Assembly: GCA_963805855.1 (NCBI GenBank)
Contig: CAWDVW010000005.1
Location: forward strand, 832,001-896,000
Direction of reading: 5' to 3'
From: Candidatus Dadabacteria bacterium
Lineage (GTDB): Bacteria > Desulfobacterota_D > UBA1144 > Nemesobacterales > CSP1-2
Length of the DNA stretch: 64,000 nucleotides
Every line of letters begins with the position of its first letter. The stretch's first letter is position 1. Positions 1 through 10,432 of this stretch are shown here, piece by piece. A model generated the notes under the pieces. It was not told the DNA's origin, made no database searches, and saw nothing but the letters and a program-made list of their open reading frames with translations. The position numbers were made by a program, and so were the translations under genes.

Positions 1-43
1 CTTCATAGCCACTCTGACGACCTACTGTCTACAGGTCAGCTCA

Positions 44-90
44 TCAAAAATCTAACTTAGACTATGGTCCTATTATAGGGGGGCAGGCCA
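44..90. mobile_element. IS3-family terminal inverted repeat (end of an element extending left of the window)
   Basis: atcaaaaatctaacttagactatggtcctattataggggggcaggcca matches 2600-2646 except for one indel; ends in CA. Confidence 0.75.
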
Positions 91-116
91 TAGGTTAGGT
101 CTCTAGGTGATCGCGG

Positions 117-133
117 TTTCCGGGGGCTTGACA
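117..133. mobile_element. Second IS-end remnant
   Basis: tttccgggggcttgaca is a near reverse complement of the IS3 end tgtcaagcccccgaaa at 1360. Confidence 0.5.
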
Positions 134-159
134 ACTTCTCATAAAATTGATCCTTGACA

Positions 160-201
160 TTAGTATATGGTTATGAGAAATTAGTATATGGTTATGAGAA
201 A
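160..201 (+). repeat. 21-bp perfect tandem duplication
   Basis: ttagtatatggttatgagaaa x2, directly after TTGACA (154-159). Confidence 0.9.
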
Positions 202-227
202 ATAGAAAAATGAGGGAGGTAAATGAT

Positions 228-1172
228 ATGGGTAAATTCATAATAGTCTTTTTAACAATCATTTCTTCTATTGTAATAATCTCCTGTACAACTTACAAAC
301 AACCAGCGGCTGTGAATTTCGTAGATCAATCACAAATAGTCGGAACACAACCTATACCAAATGATAGTTGCGCACGTATAAATGATGGGGTTACTCAGTG
401 CAGATCACAGAATGGACAGTCAATGTGCCAGGCATGTTGTAGCGGGGCATGGCAGCAACTAACTCTCGGCTCGGGAAATATTGAATGCCCGTATAGACCC
501 ACTGATACCACATTTGAATGTAACTCGAATAAGTATTATATAAGTTGTAATTATTATGAGCAACAGCCTCTGTCACAGCAGCAGCAACAACAGCTTATTA
601 ATCAGCAGCAACAGCGCCTGGCGCAGTATCGTCAAAAACTGCAAGAGCAGGAGCGTCTCGCGGAACAGCGTAAAGAACAGCTACAGCAGCAACAGCGCCT
701 GGCGCAGTATCGTTACCAGCAACAGTATCTAGATCGCTTGAGTCAGCAGCAGAAAAGTCTCCCGAATGAGCAGAACTACAATTACAATAATGATCCCTAT
801 TTCAACACGGCTCCGAATTATCGTTACTCTCGTAGCGGCAATTACTATGAAACAAATCAATATGGTGCAAATTTACTCAAGAAGGCCGTAAACTACGGCT
901 ATGAGCAGGGCTTCCGCGCCGGACAGGCGGACCGGGAGGATGGCTGGGGCTACAACTATAAAGACTCTTATGCCTATCAGGACGCGAACTACGGCTATAA
1001 TGGCTTTTACGTAGACCAGAACGATTACAACTACTACTACCGCGAGGGCTTCAGTCGCGGCTACGATGATGGCTACAATAACCGCTATCAATATGGTAGC
1101 TACTCTAACGGCAACTATTCTGTCCAGGACGCTGTAATGTCGCAGATCCTCAACTTGCAGTCGCTTCGCTAA
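228..1172 (+). CDS. Putative lipoprotein with Cys-rich, Gln-rich and Tyr/Asn/Gly-rich segments
   Basis: Signal peptide with lipobox IISC; start at 228 chosen because gggagg precedes it; internal 30-bp repeat at 603-632 and 685-714. Confidence 0.7.
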   Translation: MGKFIIVFLTIISSIVIISCTTYKQPAAVNFVDQSQIVGTQPIPNDSCARINDGVTQCRSQNGQSMCQACCSGAWQQLTLGSGNIECPYRPTDTTFECNSNKYYISCNYYEQQPLSQQQQQQLINQQQQRLAQYRQKLQEQERLAEQRKEQLQQQQRLAQYRYQQQYLDRLSQQQKSLPNEQNYNYNNDPYFNTAPNYRYSRSGNYYETNQYGANLLKKAVNYGYEQGFRAGQADREDGWGYNYKDSYAYQDANYGYNGFYVDQNDYNYYYREGFSRGYDDGYNNRYQYGSYSNGNYSVQDAVMSQILNLQSLR

Positions 1173-1176
1173 AGAC

Positions 1177-1349
1177 TGAGGGATGCTGATTTTGCCGAAG
1201 TGCAACTGCAGGATGGGGTGGATCCCCCGAAGATCCGCCTGGATGTTGAATATGCAAAAGAATACTTCAGAATCAACGAACTTGCTCAGAGGGACATGGA
1301 TTTGATTATTGAAGAGTTAAGAGAGGTAGGTGTTCTTGATGAGAGTTAA
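1177..1349 (+). pseudogene. Possible orphan 3' fragment of an unknown gene
   Basis: Start-less open frame LRDADFAEVQ...EELREVGVLDES*. Confidence 0.35.
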
Positions 1350-1359
1350 TCTGCAAAAG

Positions 1360-2646
1360 TGTCAAGCCCCCGAAAGGTCCACCTTTTAAGTTAGATTTTT
1401 CATATTTTCCTCTAATGAGTTGAAAGAAATATGCCTTCATTTTTCTTGGTTTTATTACTGGATACGATAGCCTGTGGAGCAGGAGGTCTGTATCCAAGTG
1501 AACTGTGTGGTCTTACTTCATTGTAGTGTCTTCTCCACTGCTCAATCAGTACTTGTGCTTCCTTCAGACTGTAAAATATCTCCCGTGTTTAACAGCTCAT
1601 CCCTAAGCTTTCCATTAAAGCTCTCATTGTATCCATTCTCCCAGGGTGACCCAGGCTCTATATATGCTGTCTTTACTCCAAGACTCCCAATCCACTCCCT
1701 TGTAGCTCTTTGCAGTAAACTCACTCCCATTATCTGAACGTATATAATCAGGAACCCCTTCTGTGATGAACAGAGTACTTAATGTTTCCAATACATCATC
1801 AGCTTTTAAGTGAAGACCCCACACGGATTGCAAGACACTTCCTCGTGTATTCATCTATCACAGTCAACATCCTTATCTTCTTTCCATTATGAAGTCTGTC
1901 GGAAACAAAGTCGTAGCTCCAGACATGGTTCTTAAAACAGGGACGAAGCCTTATGCAGGAACCATCATTAAGGTAAAGCCTTCCCCTTTTTGGTTGTTTT
2001 ACAGGAACTCTTAAGCCCTTCCTCTCTCCATATCCTCTCCACACGCTTATGATTCACTACTCCAGCCCTCAGCTCTAAGAAGTGCTGTAATACGCCTGTA
2101 TCCGTACCTGCCGTAATTACTCGGCAAGACGAACTATATCCCCTCGCAGTACCTCTTCTTCCCCTGATTTGTTTGATTGATAACGCTGCACCGAACGTGG
2201 TTGGTTCAAGTACTCTACATGCTCTACGCTCAGATACTCCCAGCTTTTGCTGTATCATGTACCACACATCTGCGTCTACGTTCGGTGCTTAGAAGTTTCC
2301 CTCCGATGCTTCCTTAAGTATCAGGTTATCCAGTGTTAGGTCTGCTACTGCTCTCTTGAGTCTCGAGTTCTCTCGCTCCAGTTCCTTTAATCGTCTTGCC
2401 TGGTCTGATCCGCATACCTCCGTATTCCTTCCTCCAGCGGTAATACGTGTTCTCCGTTACTCCTATCTCCCTGCATATCTCTGATACATTCCTGCCCTGA
2501 GACGAAAGAACTTCTGCCTGTCGAAGTAGCCTTATTATCTGCTCTGGGGTGTAGCGTTTCCTGCCCATTATACATGACCTCCTATATATAGGGTTTTCTA
2601 TCAAAAATCTAACTTAACTATGGTCCTATTATAGGGGGGCAGGCCA
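1360..2646 (-). mobile_element. IS3-family insertion sequence (IS407-like), transposase heavily frameshifted
   Basis: orfA MGRKRYTPEQII from 2568; GGGAAACTTCTAA slip site near 2290-2301; orfB pieces [44 protein letters not shown]; imperfect TG...CA inverted ends; no target duplication. Confidence 0.92.
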
Positions 2647-3296
2647 CTTAGACTTATAGAGCCTCCTTTTATTTTTTCCCAAGCATGAAGCAGATGATCC
2701 GATGTATAAAAATAAACGCGGCCTCTTCCACCAACCCGTACGCGTCGATCAAATAGGGTGGGGGCAACCTTGTTTAAATAGGATAATGCTAAGTTAGACA
2801 TATCGTCGTTAATGTCCGAACTTAAGTCTTTCCAATGAAATAATGTCTCCCATACTACGGCTGCCGGGGGTATCTTGCTTGGAAAGTATTCGTTTAATTT
2901 TGTGTAGTATTCTTTCCCAACTTCTAATACATAAGAGTCGGTCCATCGAAATTCACGTTCTTCAAGACCACCAGACCCACTAGATGAATCCAAGGATTTT
3001 GAAAATTCCTCCTGAAGGTTTTGCCAAAATTCTATATATTGTTTGGAACTTCTTCCGAACCATAGAACGAAATCATTAATTTTCAGTGCTTCAATAAGAA
3101 GATTCGGATCTTTGGAGTCCATTTATTTATCAAGTGTCTCTACAAAATCGTCATAGGAGCCATCATACGGAATTTCATTAAAGCTATAATTTTTTAGTAC
3201 TTTTCTACCCTCAAAAAATGGGGGGAATAATATTGAGGTGTCCGAGGAGGTGTCTATATTGTCCCGTTTAGGATGGGTTTGTTTGCGTTTGGACAC
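2647..3296 (-). pseudogene. Hypothetical gene broken by an in-frame TAA (3125-3123) and truncated by the IS3
   Basis: GTG at 3296 is in frame with ORF 2601-3122 across a single stop; the ORF reads into the IS end at 2646. Confidence 0.55.
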
Positions 3297-3388
3297 TAAT
3301 ATAGTATTGATATAAGTGCCTAGAATTTCAAGGGAATATAGTTAGTTGTGCTTTGTACGGTTTTGTATCCTTTTGAGGCCTAAACGCT

Positions 3389-3430
3389 CTCATAAGGCCT
3401 TTGTCGGAGGTTCGATTCCTCCCGCCGCCA
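3389..3430 (+). tRNA. 3' half of a tRNA with CAT anticodon (Met/Ile2); probable att fragment
   Basis: ctcataa loop, ggcct stem strand, T-arm ggagg-ttcgatt-cctcc, acceptor cgccgcca; no 5' half upstream. Confidence 0.8.
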
Positions 3431-3528
3431 GTAGGAATTTATGAATATATTTGATGAGAAAATACCTTTAGAAGGAATTCAGGTCAGTGTGAAACCCTGA
3501 AGCAGGTTTAGAAGTCGAATCCACAGAA

Positions 3529-4710
3529 TTAATTCATAAAACTTCTAAGTACATCCCTCATGTCCGAGTCGGATAGTTTTGCCAGCGCGGCCTTTTCGAT
3601 CTGCCTAATTCGTTCACGCGTAAGATTAAATATCTTCCCAATTTCATCCAGCGTGTAAGTTGTATTCTGGTCTATTCCGAATCTCAACCTGAGTATCTCT
3701 TCTTCTCTAGGAGTAAGCAATGTTAAAGCCTGCCTTATCCTTTCAAAAAGCATCACCTTTGTCCTAACGAATTCAGGGGCGGGAGATCCCTCATCGATAA
3801 TGAAATCGAGGAGAGTTGTCTTCTCGCCTCGAATAATTGGTGAATCTAAGCTAACAGCATCATTAGTTGATTTCAAAATACGCTTTATGACATCTACAGA
3901 AACCCTTGAGATCTTAGATATTTCTTCCGGCGTGGGACTCCTCCCATATTTCTTACGTAAATTTGAACTTATTCTCGATATCTTATTAGTTTGCTCCAAC
4001 AAATATGCCGGCACCTTTATTGTCCTGGTTTGCTCTTGCAGAGACCTGAACATAGCTTGACGGATCCACCACGAAGCGTATGTCGAAAACTTAAACCCTT
4101 TGGTATGATCGAATCTGTCCACAGCCCTCATCAGCCCGACATTACCCTCCTGTATAAGGTCCGAAATCGGAAGACCCACGCTGATATATCTCTTAGCCAT
4201 TGACACAACTAATCTCAAGTTCGATTTAATGAATCTACATTTAAGGACTCTAGCCTTTTCGGAATACGCCTTATCAAGGGCATTCAATATTATGATCTTC
4301 CTGGAAAGGTCACTTCGCCTAAATTTCTGATGCTTAATCCTTTTATTGTTCCTTAATTCGATCTTGTTCTGAAGCCTCTTAACAACCAGCTTTATTTCTT
4401 TGGACTTCTCGTCACATCTTTTTATCTTAGCCGAAACCTCTATCTCCTCTTTCGGTTTTAACAGGGGTTCATTTGCCATATCCCTGAAATAATAATACAT
4501 GAGTCTATACTGTTCATCCGGAACCCTACTGCGCTGCTCGAAATCTAACGAATCTGAGTCATTGGATTCAATATCAGACTCAGAATCGTCAACATCAATT
4601 AATTTCCCTTTGAAATCTGTAGACCTATAGGTTTCTAAATCATTTGTAAAACCCATATGATCATTGACAGATGAAATTGCGTCGTCGGAATCCAAGTTTT
4701 TACTTCCCAA
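3529..4710 (-). CDS. RpoD/SigA-family sigma-70 factor (no clear region 1.1)
   Basis: [51 protein letters not shown]. Confidence 0.92.
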   Translation of the reverse strand: MGSKNLDSDDAISSVNDHMGFTNDLETYRSTDFKGKLIDVDDSESDIESNDSDSLDFEQRSRVPDEQYRLMYYYFRDMANEPLLKPKEEIEVSAKIKRCDEKSKEIKLVVKRLQNKIELRNNKRIKHQKFRRSDLSRKIIILNALDKAYSEKARVLKCRFIKSNLRLVVSMAKRYISVGLPISDLIQEGNVGLMRAVDRFDHTKGFKFSTYASWWIRQAMFRSLQEQTRTIKVPAYLLEQTNKISRISSNLRKKYGRSPTPEEISKISRVSVDVIKRILKSTNDAVSLDSPIIRGEKTTLLDFIIDEGSPAPEFVRTKVMLFERIRQALTLLTPREEEILRLRFGIDQNTTYTLDEIGKIFNLTRERIRQIEKAALAKLSDSDMRDVLRSFMN

Positions 4711-5028
4711 TATAATTCACCCGTTCTACTTTTCTTCGATTACGAAATACTTAAAACAAGTCTTGTATTGTAGCTTAGCGAGCTTACCGCTCTCAATCGG
4801 GATCTTACACAGAAACAATACAAACACACGAGCACTTTTTTTAAATAACCTCAATCTAATAGGTAAGCGCCCTTGCTTAAGATTTTGTGTGTAACAGGAT
4901 CAAAAGATACACTTAATCCGTTAACAAACAGTGAGTGAGCTTGATACACCTCACCACTCATAATAAAGCAACCAATTACAAAAACCTTCCGGTCACCGCT
5001 GATTTATCGGACTTCTAACCCAAAACAC

Positions 5029-5640
5029 CTATTTCGCGGCAGAATAATTCTTTGCCACCTGTTTCCAATTGACAACGCTCCACCATGCCGAAATATATTC
5101 CGGTCTCCTGTTTTGATATTTAAGATAATACGCATGTTCCCAAACATCGAGGCCTAGAACCGGCCTTAATCCATCGGACACCGGATTATCTTGATTTGGT
5201 GTAGAAGTTATTGTCAGTTTCCCGCCTCGATCGACGCAAAGCCATGCCCATCCGCTTCCAAACCTGCCCGCTGCTGCTTTTGAAAATTGGTCTTTGAAAT
5301 CTGAGAAACTACCAAACGACGAATTTATAGCATCGGCCAACTTCCCCTCAGGCTCACCACCGCCATCTGGACTCATAATTGGCCAAAACATCGAGTGATT
5401 GGCATGCCCACCGCCGTTGTTTCTAACCGCGGTTCGTATGTCTTCAGGAATAGAATTTAAATCCTTCAACAAATCTTCAACACTTTTTTTGTCAAGCTCA
5501 GGATGCTTTTCCAGAGCGGCGTTTAAGTTGTTCACATATCCCTGATGGTGCTTCGTATGATGGATCTCCATCGTACGAGCATCGATGTGAGGTTCCAAGG
5601 CATCATATCCGTATGGTAGTCGCGGCAACTCATGTGGCAT
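5029..5640 (-). CDS. sodA: Superoxide dismutase, Mn-type signature
   Basis: [23 protein letters not shown]. Confidence 0.93.
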   Translation of the reverse strand: MPHELPRLPYGYDALEPHIDARTMEIHHTKHHQGYVNNLNAALEKHPELDKKSVEDLLKDLNSIPEDIRTAVRNNGGGHANHSMFWPIMSPDGGGEPEGKLADAINSSFGSFSDFKDQFSKAAAGRFGSGWAWLCVDRGGKLTITSTPNQDNPVSDGLRPVLGLDVWEHAYYLKYQNRRPEYISAWWSVVNWKQVAKNYSAAK

Positions 5641-5932
5641 TTAATAGCCTCCTTTTAGCGATTGAATATTATGAAATTACTTATTAATCTTGAATTCGTA
5701 ATCGTTAATAGAGATTTTTTTCTCGATATTTTAACGTGTTCTTCAACTTATGGTATTGTAACGCTTAAATTTGTGAGTGTCAAAATGATTCGACGTTTTC
5801 ATCATACTTTTACAAGTATATACAAGTTATTTATCATGTAGGTAACAAAAATCCCAATATAATCAATTACTATTATAAGAATGGATCTAGGTCCGATATC
5901 ACGAAAAGCTAAAAACATCTAATTTCTCGGCA

Positions 5933-6685
5933 ATGAATAAAAATTACATAATAGAGCTAAAAAACGTTTATAAGTCATTTGATTCAAAGCAGGTACACAC
6001 TGGCGTCAATCTTTCCATAAGAAGCGGAGAAAACATTACGGTGCTGGGAGGAAGCGGATCCGGGAAAAGTGTTTTGCTCAAAGAGATCATCGGTCTAATC
6101 AAGCCAGATGAAGGAGATGTTATTATAGAAAATGAAAACATAGTGCCAATGGATGAGAGTGAATTAGTTCACGTCAGAAAAAAAATGGGTATGCTATTCC
6201 AAGGCGCTGCACTTTTCGATTCCCTCACGGTCGCCGAAAACATCGCATATCCCCTGAGGGAAGGCAATAACCATTCAGAAGAAGAAATCAACGAAATTAT
6301 CTCAACGAACCTAGAGCTTGTGGGACTTCCCGGAATTGAAGATAAACTTCCTTCAGATCTAAGCGGTGGTATGAAAAAGAGGGTGGGGCTTGCAAGGGCT
6401 ATGGCCATGAACCCCAAGATCTTACTCTATGACGAGCCGACAACGGGACTGGATCCTCCAAATATCAGCAGAATAAACCACCTTATTAGAAACATGCAGG
6501 AGAAATTCGGGATCACCGGGGTCATAATTACGCACGATGTGAAGAGCGCACTTGAAATTTCGGACAGGATTGCATTCCTTTACAACGGAAGGATAATCTT
6601 TGAGGGTACCGTTACCGAAGCACAAAATACCGATATAGAACTGTTAAATGATTTTATACTTGGAAGATTAGAATACATAGATTAG
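5933..6685 (+). CDS. mlaF: MlaF/Mkl-family ABC ATPase
   Basis: GGSGSGKS, LFQGAALFDSL, LSGGMKKRVGLARA, YDEPTTGLDP. Confidence 0.85.
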   Translation: MNKNYIIELKNVYKSFDSKQVHTGVNLSIRSGENITVLGGSGSGKSVLLKEIIGLIKPDEGDVIIENENIVPMDESELVHVRKKMGMLFQGAALFDSLTVAENIAYPLREGNNHSEEEINEIISTNLELVGLPGIEDKLPSDLSGGMKKRVGLARAMAMNPKILLYDEPTTGLDPPNISRINHLIRNMQEKFGITGVIITHDVKSALEISDRIAFLYNGRIIFEGTVTEAQNTDIELLNDFILGRLEYID

Positions 6686-6718
6686 AACAGCGACCTCGAA
6701 TCATTTTACCAGAGTCGC

Positions 6719-7183
6719 CTATTCATCGATCCTAACGCCCTCGATTTCCTTTATCTTCCAGGCGCGCAACGTAGTCTTTTCAAGGGTAACGATGATATTC
6801 TCAGGTGATAACTCACTCCCAATTATAGGAAATGATTTACCGGTCTTGATGCCGCTAACATAAAAATCAAGGCTTGCCACTGCTACTTGTTCTTCACCTG
6901 AATCATTAATCGAAACCTTTAAGGCACTATAATTACAGTCAAACCCGTCATAAATAGAGAAGAAATTCGTAACGATGCCTTTTACAACAGGATAAGTTGC
7001 GCCGTTTTCATCCCTATAGTGGATCGAAAAGTGATCCATTACACCGTCTATGTCTTTTTTCCTCCCCGCCATCATAATCTCATCAATCGTAGATTCTATC
7101 TCTCTTGTGTCTTCCCCGGACGATAAGAAAAAAATCATTATCAGGACTACCAAGACTATTAAACCAAGAACAACCTTTTTCAT
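6719..7183 (-). CDS. Membrane-anchored hypothetical protein (possibly NTF2-like)
   Basis: N-terminal TM; DGVMDHFSIHYRD pattern. Confidence 0.6.
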   Translation of the reverse strand: MKKVVLGLIVLVVLIMIFFLSSGEDTREIESTIDEIMMAGRKKDIDGVMDHFSIHYRDENGATYPVVKGIVTNFFSIYDGFDCNYSALKVSINDSGEEQVAVASLDFYVSGIKTGKSFPIIGSELSPENIIVTLEKTTLRAWKIKEIEGVRIDE

Positions 7184-7312
7184 TACTCTCGGCCCACTCT
7201 ATTTGCTGAATCGTATAATACGTCTTACTAATTTGATCAAAATCAGTTTCGTACCCTTTACGCCGTTACGGTACATTTAGAAACATGAGAGGATATACAG
7301 CCTACGGAAAAT

Positions 7313-9685
7313 CTACAACAAATCGCCATTATTGAAAGTCCTAACCCTAAGATCTATGCCATCTGTACGTATGGCAACCATCCCTTCCTTTCCAGTTTCA
7401 ATCAATTTCGATTTCGTATGATGGTTAAAATCTGAAGCGCCTCTTTCATACAACGTTTTAATACCTTCAAATGCACCATTAACTACTACAATCTCGGGCG
7501 ACAAAGTATTCAAAAAATCATTAGTTACCGGGAAACCGCCTTTAAATGCAGGTACATAAACCACCTTAGATTGAATCCGACTATGATAGGTATCTATCAA
7601 TTCCCTTTGCACAGACGGGTCTCCTAAGGACTCTCCCAACAGGAAATTCATTTGTCCAAACCTCAAGTTTAGTATGAGTGGATAGGGTCTGGAAGAATCT
7701 GTTATTTTATAATAACCCCTGGGCTTATAAAACTCGATCCTAACGCCCTCTACTTCAAAATTTTCTACTTCATCCATTATATTCTTCCAGCCTATATTTT
7801 TGCTTCTGACTAAATTCCAGAGCTCCCCGTCCAATTTCGCTCCATTTGTCCAGAGTCTTTTAACATTAAATCTCCGCAGCAGGTATTTGACACCCTCTAA
7901 ATGATCCTTGTCCAATGCACTTAAAATCAGATAATCGATCGTCTTAATGTCGGTATTTAGAAGAAATGGGGAAATTACGCTCCTTTCCATATAGCCGCCC
8001 ATATCGAAGAGCGAATAACCTCCATCGACGAGAATTGTCTTCTTTTGAGGAAGCTTAACAAAGGCTACATTCCTATTTGAAATGTCTAACAAATCTAATT
8101 CCAGATGCCCACTGTTAGACCCACTCACTGGGCTAATTGTCATCTCCATAATCAGCCCCAGAACAAAAAATGGCAAAATATATTTGAGATTTGGGAAAGC
8201 CATCTTAAAGCAAATAACCAGAATTATCAATATATAGAGAACCCAACCCGTAATTCCTAACGGTGTAACCGTTAGAGAAGAAAAGGGTATCTCAACGAGC
8301 TTTTCTATTCCAAAGATAAGAATTCTAATCAGATAAACATTTAGGCTGAGAAATGGCAGTGCTAAATACTGATTTACAGAGAACACCGAAAATGAAATCA
8401 ACCCTAGGGGAACTATTAAGAACTCAACCAGGGGAACAAATATTAAATTGGCGGGCAGTGATATCAACGATAATATACCAAAGGAATTCACGATTAATGG
8501 TGTAGTCGCAAAAGAGGCCCCCATCGTGATCTTAGCACTTGAGATTATCTTTTCGGAGAAGCTGCCGAATTTTAATGGATAAAACTTATTGATAAATATA
8601 ATTCCCAGAACTGCGGAAAAAGAGAGTTGGAATGAAAGTTCAAAAAACGCCCATGGCTGCCACAGCAGAATTATAAACGCAGAAACACCTAGCGTATTTA
8701 ATTTATTTTCCTCTTTACCAAGCACCACCGACATAAGATACACCGCGATCATTAAAAATGCCCTTAGTACGGGGGTAGCAAATCCCGCTACTGCCATGTA
8801 GATGAATAAAGGTATCATGGTTAGTCCAGCAGTAACCCTTGGGACCTGCAATCTAATTAAAAGATACTCCGACCTCTTCAGAATCCATTTTATCGCCAAA
8901 TAGAAAACAAGCGCTATACCCCCTACATGGAGTCCGGATATAGCGAGAAGATGTGCTATACCAGCTTCTGAGAAAAGGTCTTTCAGCCGGTTTGGCATCC
9001 CCCCCTTATCGCCAACTGTAATTGCCTTCAGTATCTCCCCCTCAAATTGAGGAAACCTGTGTTTTACAAAATACCCAAACCTGGTTCTGCACATATCTAT
9101 TAACCTAAGAAAGTAAAAGGGCGTGGGTTTTGGCTCGAATAAAATTATCGAATCCATTCCGGATACGAATCCATAGACATATATCTTCTGTCTTCCATAA
9201 TAGCGTTTGATATCAAAATTTCCGGGATTCTTAAATGCTCTATATGGCTTTAAAACAGTATCTATAACCCTTACATAATCCCCTCGAGATAAACCCTGGA
9301 TTGACTGCTTAGTATTGATGATCGCCCTTCCTGTCGCCGACTTTTTCCTACCGCTTACTATTAGCTCATCAACAGCAACAAACAACCTTGAACCCTCTTT
9401 TCTACTCTGTGGGGATCTATACAACGTTCCCGAAAGGTCAATTTCCTTTCCAACAAAGTTTGCAATGTGATTTTCGGGTAGGGTGAGACTTATCGAAAAT
9501 AGAACTCCGAGGGGCAAAAATAAAAGAAACCTAAGATCCGCCCAAAATAATGACAGCAACCCGAGTATTGGTGAGATAATAAGGACAAAAATCCACTCGT
9601 AGCCCAAATTTTCCGCTATAAATATCCCTGCTATATAACCGATTAGTGGGGGGAGTATAGGATACTTTAAGAAAACCGAGTTCAT
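7313..9685 (-). CDS. comEC: ComEC/Rec2 DNA uptake channel
   Basis: NPGNFD, GIAHLLAISGLHVG, SFQLSF; C-terminal MBL-like domain. Confidence 0.92.
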   Translation of the reverse strand: MNSVFLKYPILPPLIGYIAGIFIAENLGYEWIFVLIISPILGLLSLFWADLRFLLFLPLGVLFSISLTLPENHIANFVGKEIDLSGTLYRSPQSRKEGSRLFVAVDELIVSGRKKSATGRAIINTKQSIQGLSRGDYVRVIDTVLKPYRAFKNPGNFDIKRYYGRQKIYVYGFVSGMDSIILFEPKPTPFYFLRLIDMCRTRFGYFVKHRFPQFEGEILKAITVGDKGGMPNRLKDLFSEAGIAHLLAISGLHVGGIALVFYLAIKWILKRSEYLLIRLQVPRVTAGLTMIPLFIYMAVAGFATPVLRAFLMIAVYLMSVVLGKEENKLNTLGVSAFIILLWQPWAFFELSFQLSFSAVLGIIFINKFYPLKFGSFSEKIISSAKITMGASFATTPLIVNSFGILSLISLPANLIFVPLVEFLIVPLGLISFSVFSVNQYLALPFLSLNVYLIRILIFGIEKLVEIPFSSLTVTPLGITGWVLYILIILVICFKMAFPNLKYILPFFVLGLIMEMTISPVSGSNSGHLELDLLDISNRNVAFVKLPQKKTILVDGGYSLFDMGGYMERSVISPFLLNTDIKTIDYLILSALDKDHLEGVKYLLRRFNVKRLWTNGAKLDGELWNLVRSKNIGWKNIMDEVENFEVEGVRIEFYKPRGYYKITDSSRPYPLILNLRFGQMNFLLGESLGDPSVQRELIDTYHSRIQSKVVYVPAFKGGFPVTNDFLNTLSPEIVVVNGAFEGIKTLYERGASDFNHHTKSKLIETGKEGMVAIRTDGIDLRVRTFNNGDLL

Positions 9686-9692
9686 TTGAACA

Positions 9693-10169
9693 TCAAATTT
9701 TCTTAATCAGAACAACCGCATGGGCAGCAATGCCTTCAACCCTTCCCGTAAAACCGATGCCATCTGTGGTTGTTGCCTTTACTCCCATACAATCTTCTGA
9801 TATTTCAAGAATCGACGATAGGTTTCCTCTGATTTGTGAAACGTACTTACCGATCTTAGGCTTTTCACAAACAACTACACAATCCACATTTTCAATAAGG
9901 AAACCCTTTGATTTGGATAATACAACAGTTTCCCTTAACAGAATTGAACTCGAAATGTTCCTGTATCTTGGGTCATTATCAGGAAATTTACTACCAATAT
10001 CGGGCTCTCCAAGTGCACCAAGTATGGCATCACATATCGAATGAGTAAGAACATCGGCGTCTGAGTATCCTTGAAGTCCCAGTTCAAACGGTATCTCGAC
10101 TCCTCCGAGAATAAGTTTCCTTCCCTTGGAAAATTTATGAACGTCATAACCAATACCTACACGAATCAT
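9693..10169 (-). CDS. ispF: 2-C-methyl-D-erythritol 2,4-cyclodiphosphate synthase
   Basis: RVGIGYDVH, SDADVLTH, DIGSKFPD, VKATT; RBS supports ATG at 10169. Confidence 0.95.
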   Translation of the reverse strand: MIRVGIGYDVHKFSKGRKLILGGVEIPFELGLQGYSDADVLTHSICDAILGALGEPDIGSKFPDNDPRYRNISSSILLRETVVLSKSKGFLIENVDCVVVCEKPKIGKYVSQIRGNLSSILEISEDCMGVKATTTDGIGFTGRVEGIAAHAVVLIKKI

Positions 10170-10432
10170 CGAATACCTCACTAGTTAACATGACTAAAGT
10201 ATACTGCCAAAGTCCGCGACTTTTCCAATTAATGTCATATAATCAGTCGTCATCACTCGAACCGGCTCCTTCCCTACCCTACTCCACCATACAATCGAAC
10301 GTTTTTAATTTCTTGGTTAAATATGACCGGTTTCTGAAACGAACAAATCGCTCGATCCAAGGTGATCGAGAATTTGTCTAGATGCTGGCGATCATTTTGG
10401 GAAATTAGGAAAGTGAAATGGTTGTAATTAGT

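Noticed and set aside
1412-2568. IS3 frameshifts as programmed recoding
   Set aside because: Only the orfA/orfB site is expected; the many other indels are decay or sequencing error
10182-10432. ispD remnant between PIN/TRAM and ispF
   Set aside because: No IspD-like residues recognised on the coding strand
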